From: an uncultured Thermoleophilia bacterium
GTDB taxonomy: Bacteria > Actinomycetota > Thermoleophilia > UBA2241
Direction: 5' to 3'
DNA: 64,000 bases
NCBI GenBank assembly: GCA_963713475.1
Contig: CAVQLY010000005.1
Location: 77,955 to 141,954 of the forward strand
The notes under the pieces were generated by a model. The model made no database searches, was not told the DNA's origin, and saw only the letters and a list, made by a program, of their open reading frames with translations. The position numbers and the translations under genes are program-made. Of this stretch, positions 39,432 through 48,778 are shown piece after piece. The first letter of the stretch is position 1. Each line of letters begins with the position of its first letter.

Positions 39432-40094
39432 CTAGAGCGGCTTGTACTTGAAGTTGGCGGTGATGAACTCGTTCGGGTTGGTCGGCGGGTAGACGAACTC
39501 GTCGGTCAGCGTCTCGCGGTAGCCTACGTACTCGATCTCGGGCGCGAAAACCAGCCCCGTCGGGCCGTTGACCTCGGGGTCGAAGGGCGGGTATGGAGAC
39601 GGTGGCCACCACGTAGGACGCGCCCGCCGCGAGGGTCACGGGCTGGATCCTCGTGAAGCGGTAGGCCCCGTCCAGCGAGCTCTTCTTCTCGACGGTGGTC
39701 TTCACCAGCAGCTTCTGTGTGGATACATCGAAGATGCCCACTGGATGCGGGTGGCGCAGGCCGTTCCCGCTGTCGTCGAAGTAGCCGAGGTGCGTCACTT
39801 GGATATCGACCGTTGGCTTGAACTCCCAGCCGTTCGTGCTCGACTGGAAGCCCTCTGTAGTGCCCTCCTGAGCAGGGATGGATGCGGCCGGGATGGGCTT
39901 CGCGCCAGGCGCCCAAGTACCGGTCCAGTCGGCGTCGGCGTACTGCTGATGGTGGCAGCGACGCTCGGAGATGGTGCCGCAGTCCCAGTCGTTGCGGTGT
40001 CCGAGCCGCCGCAGGCGGCGAGCACGAGAGCCGCGGCGACGACCAGCGGCCAGCGTGGCAGCCCAGATGGACGTCCTCAAACGAGACGTTTCAT
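39432..40094 (-). pseudogene. DUF4082-like lipoprotein paralog of 35690..36394, with at least 4 frameshifts
   Basis: ATG 40094 hits a stop after 5 codons. Homologous segments (IWAATLAA; LAACGGSDTATTGTAAPSPS; GWEFKPTVDIQVTHLGYFDDSGNGLRH; FDPEVNGPTGLVF...ANFKYKPL*) lie in three different frames. Confidence 0.6.
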
Positions 40095-40150
40095 GGTCCC
40101 GATCCCTCCCATCGTGTGACCACGTCGGACGCCCGCGCCGGTCCGTCGTC

Positions 40151-40207
40151 GGGAGTCCCGTATGACGAAACTTGTACGCCCGGTTCGTCGCGGCGACAAG
40201 CGTTTGT
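40151..40207 (-). promoter_or_regulatory. Type-2 leader/promoter block, copy 3
   Basis: gggagtcccgtatgacgaaacttgtacgcccggttcgtcgcggcgacaagcgtttgtc. Confidence 0.45.
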
Positions 40208-40348
40208 CACGCCGGAGACCGAACGTCCGCGTCGCTCAGGCGCGATGGTCCATTCAGCCCGATTCGAGTAGCTTCGACGGGATGTCGGCATCTAGGCCGT
40301 CAAGAGTGTCGATGCACACAGAGTAGGCATCCATGCGCGGAGAGAAGT

Positions 40349-40540
40349 TGGAGGCGGCGAGCGGAGTCGAACCGCTGATGAAGGTTCTGCAGTCGTCAGG
40401 CGGTCATGCGCGCCGGTAGTCGCCTGGACGCGATTGTGCTGCAAAGTCCAGGTTTCCGGCCGCCCTCCGTGATGCGCGCTGCACGGCTGTGGTGCGCCGT
40501 GCTGAGGCGTCTTATCGGCCGTTCGTCGGCAGGTGAGCCG
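40349..40540 (-). repeat. tRNA-Cys 3' half (40349..40392) + type-2 conserved arm
   Basis: tggaggcggcgagcggagtcgaaccgctgatgaaggttctgcag. The arm (tcgtcaggcgg...gattgtgctgcaaagtccagg...gaggcgtcttatcggc) aligns to 46711..46857. The outside flank gcggagagaagt is shared with the 35.2 kb copy. Confidence 0.65.
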
Positions 40541-40643
40541 CCTGGCAACGCGATGATTGAAGGCCAGGGGGCTGCCTTTGCGGATCAGCTCGGTCTCTTG
40601 CCGGCGACCCTACGTCGGCGCCATCCCCGGCCCAAGAGGCAGA

Positions 40644-40680
40644 GAAGCCGCCGATGGGGGCTCACCGGCGGCTTCTTTTC
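40644..40680 (+). terminator. Plus-strand intrinsic terminator with no annotated plus-strand gene upstream
   Basis: gaagccgccg-atgggggctca-cggcggcttc followed by tttt. Confidence 0.45.
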
Positions 40681-40859
40681 GCTACGGTCCTTCTGTCAAC
40701 GGGGTGACGGGGCATGCGACCTCGAGTCGCTTCAAGGCGGCTCGACGTCGTGTCGATTGCCGGCACGTCTCGCAGCTGGCAACGACGGCCCTCACCACCC
40801 CGCGCCGGCCCAATCGGCGGCACGAGCCGGGACGCGAGGCGACCCCGCCTTCACCGTCG

Positions 40860-42734
40860 TTAGTACTCCCTTTCCACCGAGCGCCGCCGGCGCCGCATCG
40901 CGATGATGCCGAGAACGCCGAGCACCACCACAGCGCCGACAACGACGAACACCGTCGTGGAGCCGCTTTTGCCGGACGAGGTGCCCGTGCCCATCGTCCC
41001 CGTCAGGGGATGGACGAGACGGTAGGTGTCTATGTTGAAGTAGCAGTAGAGGACCGAGCCTTGCTGGCCGCTCGGGGCATCGCTGGGCACTTCGACCCAG
41101 CCCGCCCAGTCGCGGGTGTTGAAGGCCTGCAGCGAGTCGGGGTAGGCGAGGATGGCATAGGGCGCGGCGTCGTAGAAGAGCTGCTGCATCTGCCTGACGA
41201 TCTCGATGCGCTTCGTCTGGTCGAGGGTCCGAGACTGCTGCTGGAAGAGCCTCGTGTACTCTGGGCTCGTCCAGTTGCAGTCGCTGCCAGTGCCGATCTG
41301 CTTCGGCGTAAACAGGCCGAGGATGTAGTTGGGGTCGGGCTCCGCGGTCCAGTACCACACGCACATGTCCCAGTCGGGCGCGAAGGTGTCGGCCTCCCAG
41401 TTGAGTTGCATGTCGCCGAACGCGCTGGGGTCAATGACCTGATAGGTCACCTTGATGCCCACGTCCTTGAGCCAGCCTGCGATCAGCTTGGCTGCCGTCT
41501 GGTCCTCGACGGAGTCGGTCGTCGCGGCGAGGCGCAGGTCCAGCTTCTTGCCGGCAGGAGTCTCGCGGTAACCGTCTCCGTTCACATCGCCGTAGCCGGC
41601 GGCGTCGAGGATCTGCCTCGCTGTGGCCGGGTCGTACCTGAACGCCGTCGCGGCCGGTGGCTGCAAGTGATACGGCGAGTACGGCACCATGAGCGTCGAG
41701 CCGACCGTGGCGTATCCGCTGTAGGCCAGCGCGACCACTTTCTCGCGGTCAACGGCCCAGTTGACGGCCTGCCGGAAGCGCTGGTCGAGGAGCACCGGAT
41801 TGCCCTTCGAGTCCGGGCTGTCGTAGCAGTTCATCGCAAGTTGGCTGAAGCGCCAGAGCGCGCCCTCGACGCCGGAGAAACCAGGCCGGGTGGAGACGGA
41901 GGCGAACTGCGCCATCGGTACGTCGATCGCGCCGGCGAGCGCGCCCGACTCGAGGTCGCTGACCATCGAGCTGGGGTTCGAATATGTCTGGAAGATGACC
42001 TCGTCCACCTTGGGAGCGCCGGCCCAGTAGTCCTTGTTGGCGACGAGGCGCACGAACTTGCCCTTCTGCCACTCGACGACCTGGAACGGCCCGCTGCCGA
42101 TCACCGGGGGGTTGTTCTGGAACGTCGTCCTCGCCGCCTTGCCGCTGACCTTGCTCCAGATGTGCTCCGGGATGATCGGCACGATCATCTGCAGCATGTT
42201 CGCCTTAGGCGCCGTGGTGTAGATCTTCACGGTGACGTCGTCGACCGCCACGGCCTTCGTGATCCCGTCGGTGTACGAGGCGAGGTTCCAGAGGTTGTTA
42301 TCGAGCTGGTAGTTGAACGTGAAGGCGACGTCTCTGGCCGTGAGCGGTACGCCGTCCTGCCACTTCACCCCGCTGCGGATGGTGAAGGTCCACACGGTGC
42401 CGTCGGGGGACACGGACCACTTCGTAGCCAGCTCCGGGCGCGGCTGCAGCGTCTTTGCGTCCAGGCTGGTGAGGAAGTCGTAGTTCATGTGGTAGAGCTG
42501 GTACGAAGTGGCCTGCCAGCCGACGAAGGGGTTCAGGCTGTCCGGCTCCTGGACCCACCCGACGCGCAGGATGGACGCGGCGCCGGGCGACGCGCTGGGG
42601 GACGCGGCCGGGGACGCGGCCGCCGAGCCGCACGCGAAGAGCAGGAGGGCGAGCGCGACGGCTGCCGAGACGACACGGCCTCCTCCGAGACCTCCAGCGT
42701 GGCTGCGGCAGCGACCACTGTACACGTGCCTCAT
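40860..42734 (-). CDS. ABC-transporter substrate-binding protein, family 5 (peptide/nickel type), with lipobox and C-terminal TM anchor
   Basis: ORF 40860..42875. ATG 42734. N-terminus LLLFACGS. Family-5 core LRVGWVQEPDSLNPFVG. C-terminus TTVFVVVGAVVVLGVLGIIAMRRRRR. No permease or ATPase genes nearby. Confidence 0.8.
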   Translation of the reverse strand: MRHVYSGRCRSHAGGLGGGRVVSAAVALALLLFACGSAAASPAASPSASPGAASILRVGWVQEPDSLNPFVGWQATSYQLYHMNYDFLTSLDAKTLQPRPELATKWSVSPDGTVWTFTIRSGVKWQDGVPLTARDVAFTFNYQLDNNLWNLASYTDGITKAVAVDDVTVKIYTTAPKANMLQMIVPIIPEHIWSKVSGKAARTTFQNNPPVIGSGPFQVVEWQKGKFVRLVANKDYWAGAPKVDEVIFQTYSNPSSMVSDLESGALAGAIDVPMAQFASVSTRPGFSGVEGALWRFSQLAMNCYDSPDSKGNPVLLDQRFRQAVNWAVDREKVVALAYSGYATVGSTLMVPYSPYHLQPPAATAFRYDPATARQILDAAGYGDVNGDGYRETPAGKKLDLRLAATTDSVEDQTAAKLIAGWLKDVGIKVTYQVIDPSAFGDMQLNWEADTFAPDWDMCVWYWTAEPDPNYILGLFTPKQIGTGSDCNWTSPEYTRLFQQQSRTLDQTKRIEIVRQMQQLFYDAAPYAILAYPDSLQAFNTRDWAGWVEVPSDAPSGQQGSVLYCYFNIDTYRLVHPLTGTMGTGTSSGKSGSTTVFVVVGAVVVLGVLGIIAMRRRRRSVEREY

Positions 42735-44170
42735 AGATGCTCCTTTCGGCGCCCGCGGGGGGAGGCGCTCCCGGCATGACGCGCGTACGCTTCGAAGGTT
42801 CGCATGATCGCCGCGCGGACGAGGCCGGGTCGACGGCCTCGCTCCGCGGCGCGGTCGCCGGTCTCGCCAGCCCAAGCGACGGTCCGCACCATCGGCCAGC
42901 GCAGCGGCTCCGGCGGTAGCTTGGCCCGCGGCGGGCCAACGACCGGCATGCGGCTCCAGCGGTCGTCCTCGCCGAGGACGAGCGAGGCGAGGATGCGGCC
43001 GCCGAGCCTGGTGGCAGCCAGTCCGTGCCCTGAAAACCCGAGCCCGGCATGCACGCTGCCGTCCGGAGAGCTCTCGAAGAACGGGAGTCCCGACGGCGTC
43101 AGGTCCATCGGGCCGCTCCAGGCGGCATCGACACGGACGCCGTCGAGTTGCGGGAACAGCCAGATCAAGCAGCGGGCCGCGACCTCGGCCATCCGTGCCG
43201 AGGACGGGTCGGGCGCGGCGATGCGGCCCGCGAAGACCGCGCCCATGGCGCCTCCGCCGACGGCGATACGCCCGTCGTCGGTGGTGCGAAGGTACGCCGC
43301 CAGCTCCCGGACGTCAGCGAGCGGCGCTCGACGTCCACCCGATCTGCGCGATCAGCTCCGGGATCGGTTCGTCACGACCATTGCGTTCGTGCAGACGGCG
43401 AAGGCGCGACGGAAGTGCGGCCGGGACGCTGCCCACGCCCCGTTTGCCAGCACGACACGCCGTGCCGAGACGTAGCCGCCCGGCGTCTCCACACGCGCCG
43501 GGCGGCCCGGCGTGAAAGCGGTCATGGGAGTGCCTTCGCAAATCCACACGCCGCGCTCGAGAAGCACGCGGCGAAGCTCGCGCGCCAGGCTTGCCGGCTG
43601 GATCACGGCGAGGTCGTCGGTCACGACGCCGCCGCAGAAACGCGGCGAGTCGGCGACCTGCCGCGCCGCGGCGGCATCGACGACCCGCAGCCGGCCGGCG
43701 AGCCCGTGCTTCTCCAACAGGCGCAGATCCTCGTCGCCCGGATCCTCCTGCCATTCCACGGTCTTCGCGTACAAGATGCCGTTCGAGTGCAGGCCGATCG
43801 CGGCGTGATGCCGTGCAGTCCACGCCTCAAGGCCCGGCACCTCGTCTGCAGCGCCGCGGCGTACTCGATCCCCTGCTCCTCGCCGAGATGGTGGCAGAGG
43901 GAGGCGACCCCGATCCACGACGGCGAGAAGAAGCCGCCGTTGGAGCCGCTCCCGCCGGCGCCACACACGTCCGCCTCAAGAAGCGTGATGCCGAGATCCG
44001 GCCGGCGCTCGCTCAGTTCGTAGGCAGTCCAGAGGCCCGCGAAGCCGCCGCCCACGACGCAGACGTCGGCGTCCGTCTCCTCAGCGAGCGGAGGGCACGG
44101 GGAGGGTCGATGCGCAGGGCTTCAAGAGCCAGTAGCTGCGCGCACCACGGCGGGGACGCACGCGCCATCA
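42731..44170 (-). pseudogene. FAD-dependent (DAO-family) oxidoreductase, with at least 4 frameshifts
   Basis: Segments SYWL..., DADVCVVGGGFAGLWTAYEL, GGSGSNGGFFSPSW, VITDDLAVIQPASLAREL and the C-terminal HAGLGFSGHGLAATRLGG lie in ORFs 43621..44055, 43352..43966 and 42731..43246 in different frames. The stop overlaps the SBP start (ATGA). The 5' end is approximate. Confidence 0.65.
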
Positions 44171-44249
44171 TCGGCGGTTTGTCTGTGGCCTCGTCGCACC
44201 GTCGTCATCTGAGGACACCTGGCGACCGCTCAGCGGGTTCGCCATGTGT

Positions 44250-44777
44250 AGTTGTACTTCTGCGTATGCAGGACGGATCAGGTTCTAACCCTTGTATTCT
44301 CAATTCGCAGGACGTTCGTGATGAATGAAGAGGTCTCATCGTCTTGACATGCACTCGATGAGGATGTCGATGCTCCCGCGAGGCAGGCACGTCGAGACGC
44401 TGTCAGCGCCGCAAGCCTGTCGGCGACGACCTCAGGCTGTCGGCCTGACTTTCAGCCGATGACGACCTCTCTCTCCAGGCTAGGGCGGCGGGTTGAGTAC
44501 GCATGATGTCGAGAACAGCCGCGTAAGAGGCGGTCCAGCCGGTTGCGTACCGTCTGCATCGACTTGCCGACAATGCGCGCATGTCGGCGTGCGAGCGACG
44601 ACCGTCTTCCTGCAGCAGGCTGATGATCTGCAGGTCGAGCTCGTCGAGCTCGAGACGCTGGGGCGGTTTCTGTCTCTTCGCATCGATTCGCGGCGATGGC
44701 CGGCGCAGACCTGCAGAAGGGAGTTGCACTGTGGGTGCTTGTACGCGTAGAGTGGAGTATGTCAATTCTTTTGCCAT
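44250..44777 (-). pseudogene. Lrp/AsnC-family regulator, frameshifted (ends approximate)
   Basis: LDELDLQIISLLQEDGRRSHAD, then in another frame ARIVGKSMQTVRNRLDRL, then further shifts (VLDIM...). Confidence 0.5.
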
Positions 44778-44896
44778 GAAGTCGTCATTAGTTACCATGA
44801 TTATGAGATATTTCTTGACTATCATCCTCTACCTTTCCATATTGCTGAGATAATGCCATATGTAAGAGGGGTGAGCGGATTGCGCGCGCGTGAACT

Positions 44897-45169
44897 GTGT
44901 GCCGCACCGTCGCTGCTCGATCGCGCGCGGTGCCTATACTTCCCGGGTTGCCACGGTTGCGAGTGTCCCACTGGGGCTACCTGCTTAACGGCAGAATGCG
45001 AGTGAAATACGCCAACCACGAAGAAGTCATCACGGCAGGGGAAGCCTACTATTTGGCCCCGGGTCATATTCCGGTGATGGAAGAAGATTGTGAGATGGTC
45101 GAATTCAGCCCCAAAGACGAAAGCCGGAGGATGCTGGCGTTCGCAAGTCGCAGCACGGCGCCGAAGTGA
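44897..45169 (+). pseudogene. Cupin-domain protein, probably 5'-truncated
   Basis: ILPGLP...HWGYLLNGRMRVKYANHEEVITAGEAYYLAPGHIPVMEEDCEMVEFSP. The expected N-terminal 40-50 aa or so are not recognisable upstream. Confidence 0.45.
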
Positions 45170-45440
45170 CTAGGTGTTCCAGTCGCTCACCGTACGGTGG
45201 TGAGGACACTGTCGGCTCACTTCATTCCGCGATGGCTCTCCGGCAGGACTGTAGGCGTCGCCCCGGTCAACCTGCAAGGGTCACAGGAGCTTAGAGCCTC
45301 CGCTGCCATGTGCCGCATCCGGAGGTGGCGGAACTCGAGGCCCCCGGCCGGGTCGAAGCGCTAAATCAGCCGTCCGCGCCGAGCGAACACGACGGTGCCG
45401 GGTGGTGTCCGTCCCGCGGGTGCCGCTGCATCCGCCACGC

Positions 45441-45689
45441 TTAGCCCCCCGGCACGGCTGGGGCGGGATGCTCCGGCTCGGCGGTTGCCTGCCGCTGGAG
45501 CAGATCGAGGATCTGGTCGGTGTTCGCTCGGATCGCCGTGACGTTGTTGAAGATCCACTTCGGCGGAGCGCTGTCCGGCATCGCCGCGATCCGCGACGCG
45601 AAGTCGAACTGGCCGGCACGCGGTCCCAGCCACTTCGCCAGCAGTACAGCGACGGCAACGATGGGTATGAGCACTGCGATGCGCTTCAT
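45441..45689 (-). CDS. Small N-terminally anchored hypothetical protein (82 aa)
   Basis: MKRIAVLIPIVAVAVLLAKWLG followed by a soluble tail. No homology recognised. Confidence 0.4.
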   Translation of the reverse strand: MKRIAVLIPIVAVAVLLAKWLGPRAGQFDFASRIAAMPDSAPPKWIFNNVTAIRANTDQILDLLQRQATAEPEHPAPAVPGG

Positions 45690-45797
45690 GCGTTCCTCCT
45701 GTCAGACGCTTGCCCGTACCGCCGGAGCCGGCGTGAGCACGAACTCCCTCCCGAAATCTCCTGCGCCGCCGCGACTCTGGCGGAGGCGCTGATCCGC

Positions 45798-46436
45798 TCA
45801 CGCGCCCGAGACCAGATGCCCGTGGCTCCGCCGCTCATGACGTCTGACCAGCAAGTCGGCGCCCGTCACAGCCGCCGCGCCCATGGCGCCAGGTAGATAG
45901 AGGAGTGCGAGAGCCTCCACCCTGTCTTGATCGGGCGTGAGTCCCCTCGCCCAGACGATCCAGCCCACGACGAAGGCGGCGTAGGCGACGGTCGCGAGCA
46001 GACGGAGGATGTCGAGCCGCACGTGCTCACGCCGGCGCGGCGAGAGGTCACGCAGCGCGTCGACGGTGAGCCACACGGCCACGGCGAGGGACGCCGCGAC
46101 GACGACCGTCACGGCTGTCCATGAGAGGTTCTCTTGGGACATGCCCAAGAGGCTGCCCAGCGCGCCGACGGCGAGGAACGCGACGACCGCGCCGACGATG
46201 AAGCCCAGGATCGCCCCAAGCGTGGCCGTGACGTCGACGTGACGGCCGTACAGCGACCACGCGAGCAAGGGTGCGAGGAGCACGGCTGCGACCACGAGGA
46301 CGCCCCACCCGCCAAAGGTGTGCACAAGCAACGCCGGCAGCCCCACGACGATTGCGATCGCTGCGGCCGTCAGCAGGCCGCCGTCGCCCGCCTGCAGCGC
46401 ACGCGGGCCCACCTTGAAAGTCCGAGCGGATGCCAT
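45798..46436 (-). CDS. Polytopic membrane protein, unknown function
   Basis: ORF 45798..46508. ATG 46436. Six hydrophobic segments. Confidence 0.5.
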   Translation of the reverse strand: MASARTFKVGPRALQAGDGGLLTAAAIAIVVGLPALLVHTFGGWGVLVVAAVLLAPLLAWSLYGRHVDVTATLGAILGFIVGAVVAFLAVGALGSLLGMSQENLSWTAVTVVVAASLAVAVWLTVDALRDLSPRRREHVRLDILRLLATVAYAAFVVGWIVWARGLTPDQDRVEALALLYLPGAMGAAAVTGADLLVRRHERRSHGHLVSGA

Positions 46437-46666
46437 GACGCTCGCCCCCTTCACCCCTCGGTCGGCACGGCGTCGACGCGCCGCGCCACATAGATGGAAT
46501 ATGCCCAACCGTGCATGAGTACTCCGTTGTGCCGGAGTGGAGGATGACTCTCTTCATCGGCGAGCAGCGTAGCTGACGGCGGGCGGCGGGCCTCTTCTCA
46601 CTGCCGATTCGGAAGGAAATGGGCAGGAGGCGGCCACAAGAAAGTGCCCATTTGCAGGAGAAAGAT

Positions 46667-46857
46667 TGGAGGCGGCGAGCGGAGTCGAACCGCTGATGGA
46701 GGTTTTGCAGTCGTCAGGCGGCGGTGCTGGGCCGGAGCGTCCCGTGCGCCATTGCGCTGCACAGTCCGAGTTACCGATTGGACTCGATGCTGCCTCGTCC
46801 TCGGCTGTTGTGGGTCGTGAGGAGGCGTCTCGTCGGCAACTTGTCGGCAGTGCCGCG
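46667..46857 (-). repeat. tRNA-Cys 3' half (46667..46710) + type-2 conserved arm
   Basis: tggaggcggcgagcggagtcgaaccgctgatggaggttttgcag, then tcgtcaggcgg..., homologous to 40393..40540. Confidence 0.65.
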
Positions 46858-47201
46858 AGGGTTCACGAATCGGCATGATCCCAAGGCGCTAACCCGGTTG
46901 CGCCGCGCCCACGGCCAGCTCCAAGAGGAGACACCAACCAGTGCGAGACCAAGCCCTGGACCGAATCGCCGGCTGGACGGACGCGCTGGTGGCTGGTCCA
47001 GCCCGTCCGTCCATACCGGCAGCCCCCCAAGGGGGTAAGGGGGACATGTCGCGCCGCCATCCGGGCGGTTTCCCTGCACATCTTTGACACGAGAGAGACG
47101 GAAGCTCCTTGGCCAACCTGCGTGGACCACAGGGAGCTTGGACGGCGACGCCGGCGTGAGTCGGAGTGCGACAGCACCGGCGTCGCCCTGTACGTCTTCA
47201 G

Positions 47202-48777
47202 TCAGACAAGCTCGCGGTCGGAGGTCACAGCTGCGTCGGTCGGCACAACGACGACGGGCGCGAGGAGGGGCGGAAGCCCAAGCGCCTGACGCTTGACCGG
47301 AGGCAGAGCCTCCAGGAAGAGCTCGTCGACCCGATCCTTCTCTTCCTGGGACTGGCCAGTCAAGGCCGATACGAGTATGTACGCAGCGAAGTTGACAGCA
47401 AGGCCGACGACTCCGGCTGTGAGTCCGCCCAATTCCGGGATCGCGTCGATCCACTTGGTCGTCAGCACGATAGCGACGACGGATCCACTGATCATGCCGC
47501 TGATGGCGCCGTATCGGTTGCCGAACTTCGTGAACATGCCGAGGAACAACGGGATGGAGATCTGGATGATCAGGTAGTAGGACATCTGCGCCAGCAGCTG
47601 CAGACGCGCCATGTTGAAGGTAGCGTAGGCCAGCACCGCGGCGATGGCCATGAAGCGGCCATGCTCGTCTTTGCGATGCAGCGTCAGCTGACTGTCCTTC
47701 AGCGGCTTGAAGTGGTTGACGATGTCGTTTGCGATCTGCGTGCCGCAGACCTGGACGCAGCCGTCCACGTGGCCCATGGCTGCACCGAGTACCATGACGA
47801 CTCCCAGACCCAGCAGCCAGACGCCGCCGTAGTGCTGCAGAGATGGTGAACCAGGTCGTGGTCGGACTGTCGATGGCCGCTGGCAACGTCGCCGCGGCCA
47901 GCGTGAAGATGGTGAGAAAACCGTAGAAGATGCCGGCGATGCCGATGCCGTATACCGTGCCGGCCTTCACCGACTTGACGCCGCTCGCCGTGTAGATGCG
48001 CTGGAAGCTCATCGGCCAGGCCAATGCGCCGATGGTGCCCATGAAGATCAGCGAGAACACGTAGAACACGCCGTACCCGCTGCCGGGCATCCCCGCCAGA
48101 GTCGTCAGTATCTCCGGTAGCTGTGCCAGGTTGGAGTAAGGAGCCGGCGAGTTCCGTCCGAAAGAATGACGAGGCACACGACCGCGGCGACGAGGTAGGC
48201 GACGATGCCCTGCAGCATGTCGGTCATGATGAGGCCTCGCATGCCCATGCGAACGGTCCAGTACTGCCGGACGACGATGAGGGCAATGCCCACCAGCAAG
48301 CAAGTCGTCAGTGACCAGGCGCCGGCCGTGGAGACCTCGAAGAGGAGGGCCATCGCCTGCAGGCCGAGGATGACCCATGGCAGGACCGCGACGATGCCGA
48401 TGACGCTGGCCACGATCTTCACCCAGCTGCTGTTGAAGCGGAGCTCCAGAAGGTGGGGCTGCGAGCGCAGGTCGTACCGGTGACCCCAGCGCCAGGCGCG
48501 GTTGCCCATGAAATACATGGCGGTCAGGCCGAGAAGCGAGTAGGCGAGGCAGTAGAACATCAGCGTGCCGAGAGTGACGCCCAGCGAGACGAAGGCGATG
48601 AACATGGCGCCCGGGAACCACGACTGGACGTACGACATGCCGATGAAGGCGGGTCCGTAGCGGCGTCCGCCGACCGCGTACTCGTCGAAGTCCACGTGGC
48701 CCCGCTGCTTCGTGAAGTAAAGAAGCGCCGATCACGATGGCGTAGAAGATCGCGATACAGGCGAAGACCTGCCACAT
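47202..48777 (-). pseudogene. Sodium:solute symporter (SSS) family transporter, with at least 3 frameshifts
   Basis: ATG 48777 gives MWQVFACIAIFYAIVIGASL. Continuations are found in ORF 48105..48695, in a 47.8-48.1 kb segment (GMPGSGYGVFYVFSLIFMGTIGALAWP) and in ORF 47202..47795. Confidence 0.7.
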
Positions 48778-48778
48778 G

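Noticed and set aside
33703-40207. Classical integron cassette array with attC sites.
   Set aside because: There is no intI gene and no GTTRRRY core sites. H is only 32 nt and lacks the R/L box architecture. The similarity is in layout only, so it is kept as an analogy in the findings.
46576-46597. Partial H-like sequence (ggcgggcggcgggcctcttc) upstream of the 46.67 kb tRNA fragment.
   Set aside because: Only the right arm is present and no stem can form. It is possibly a decayed copy, so it is not counted among the 12.
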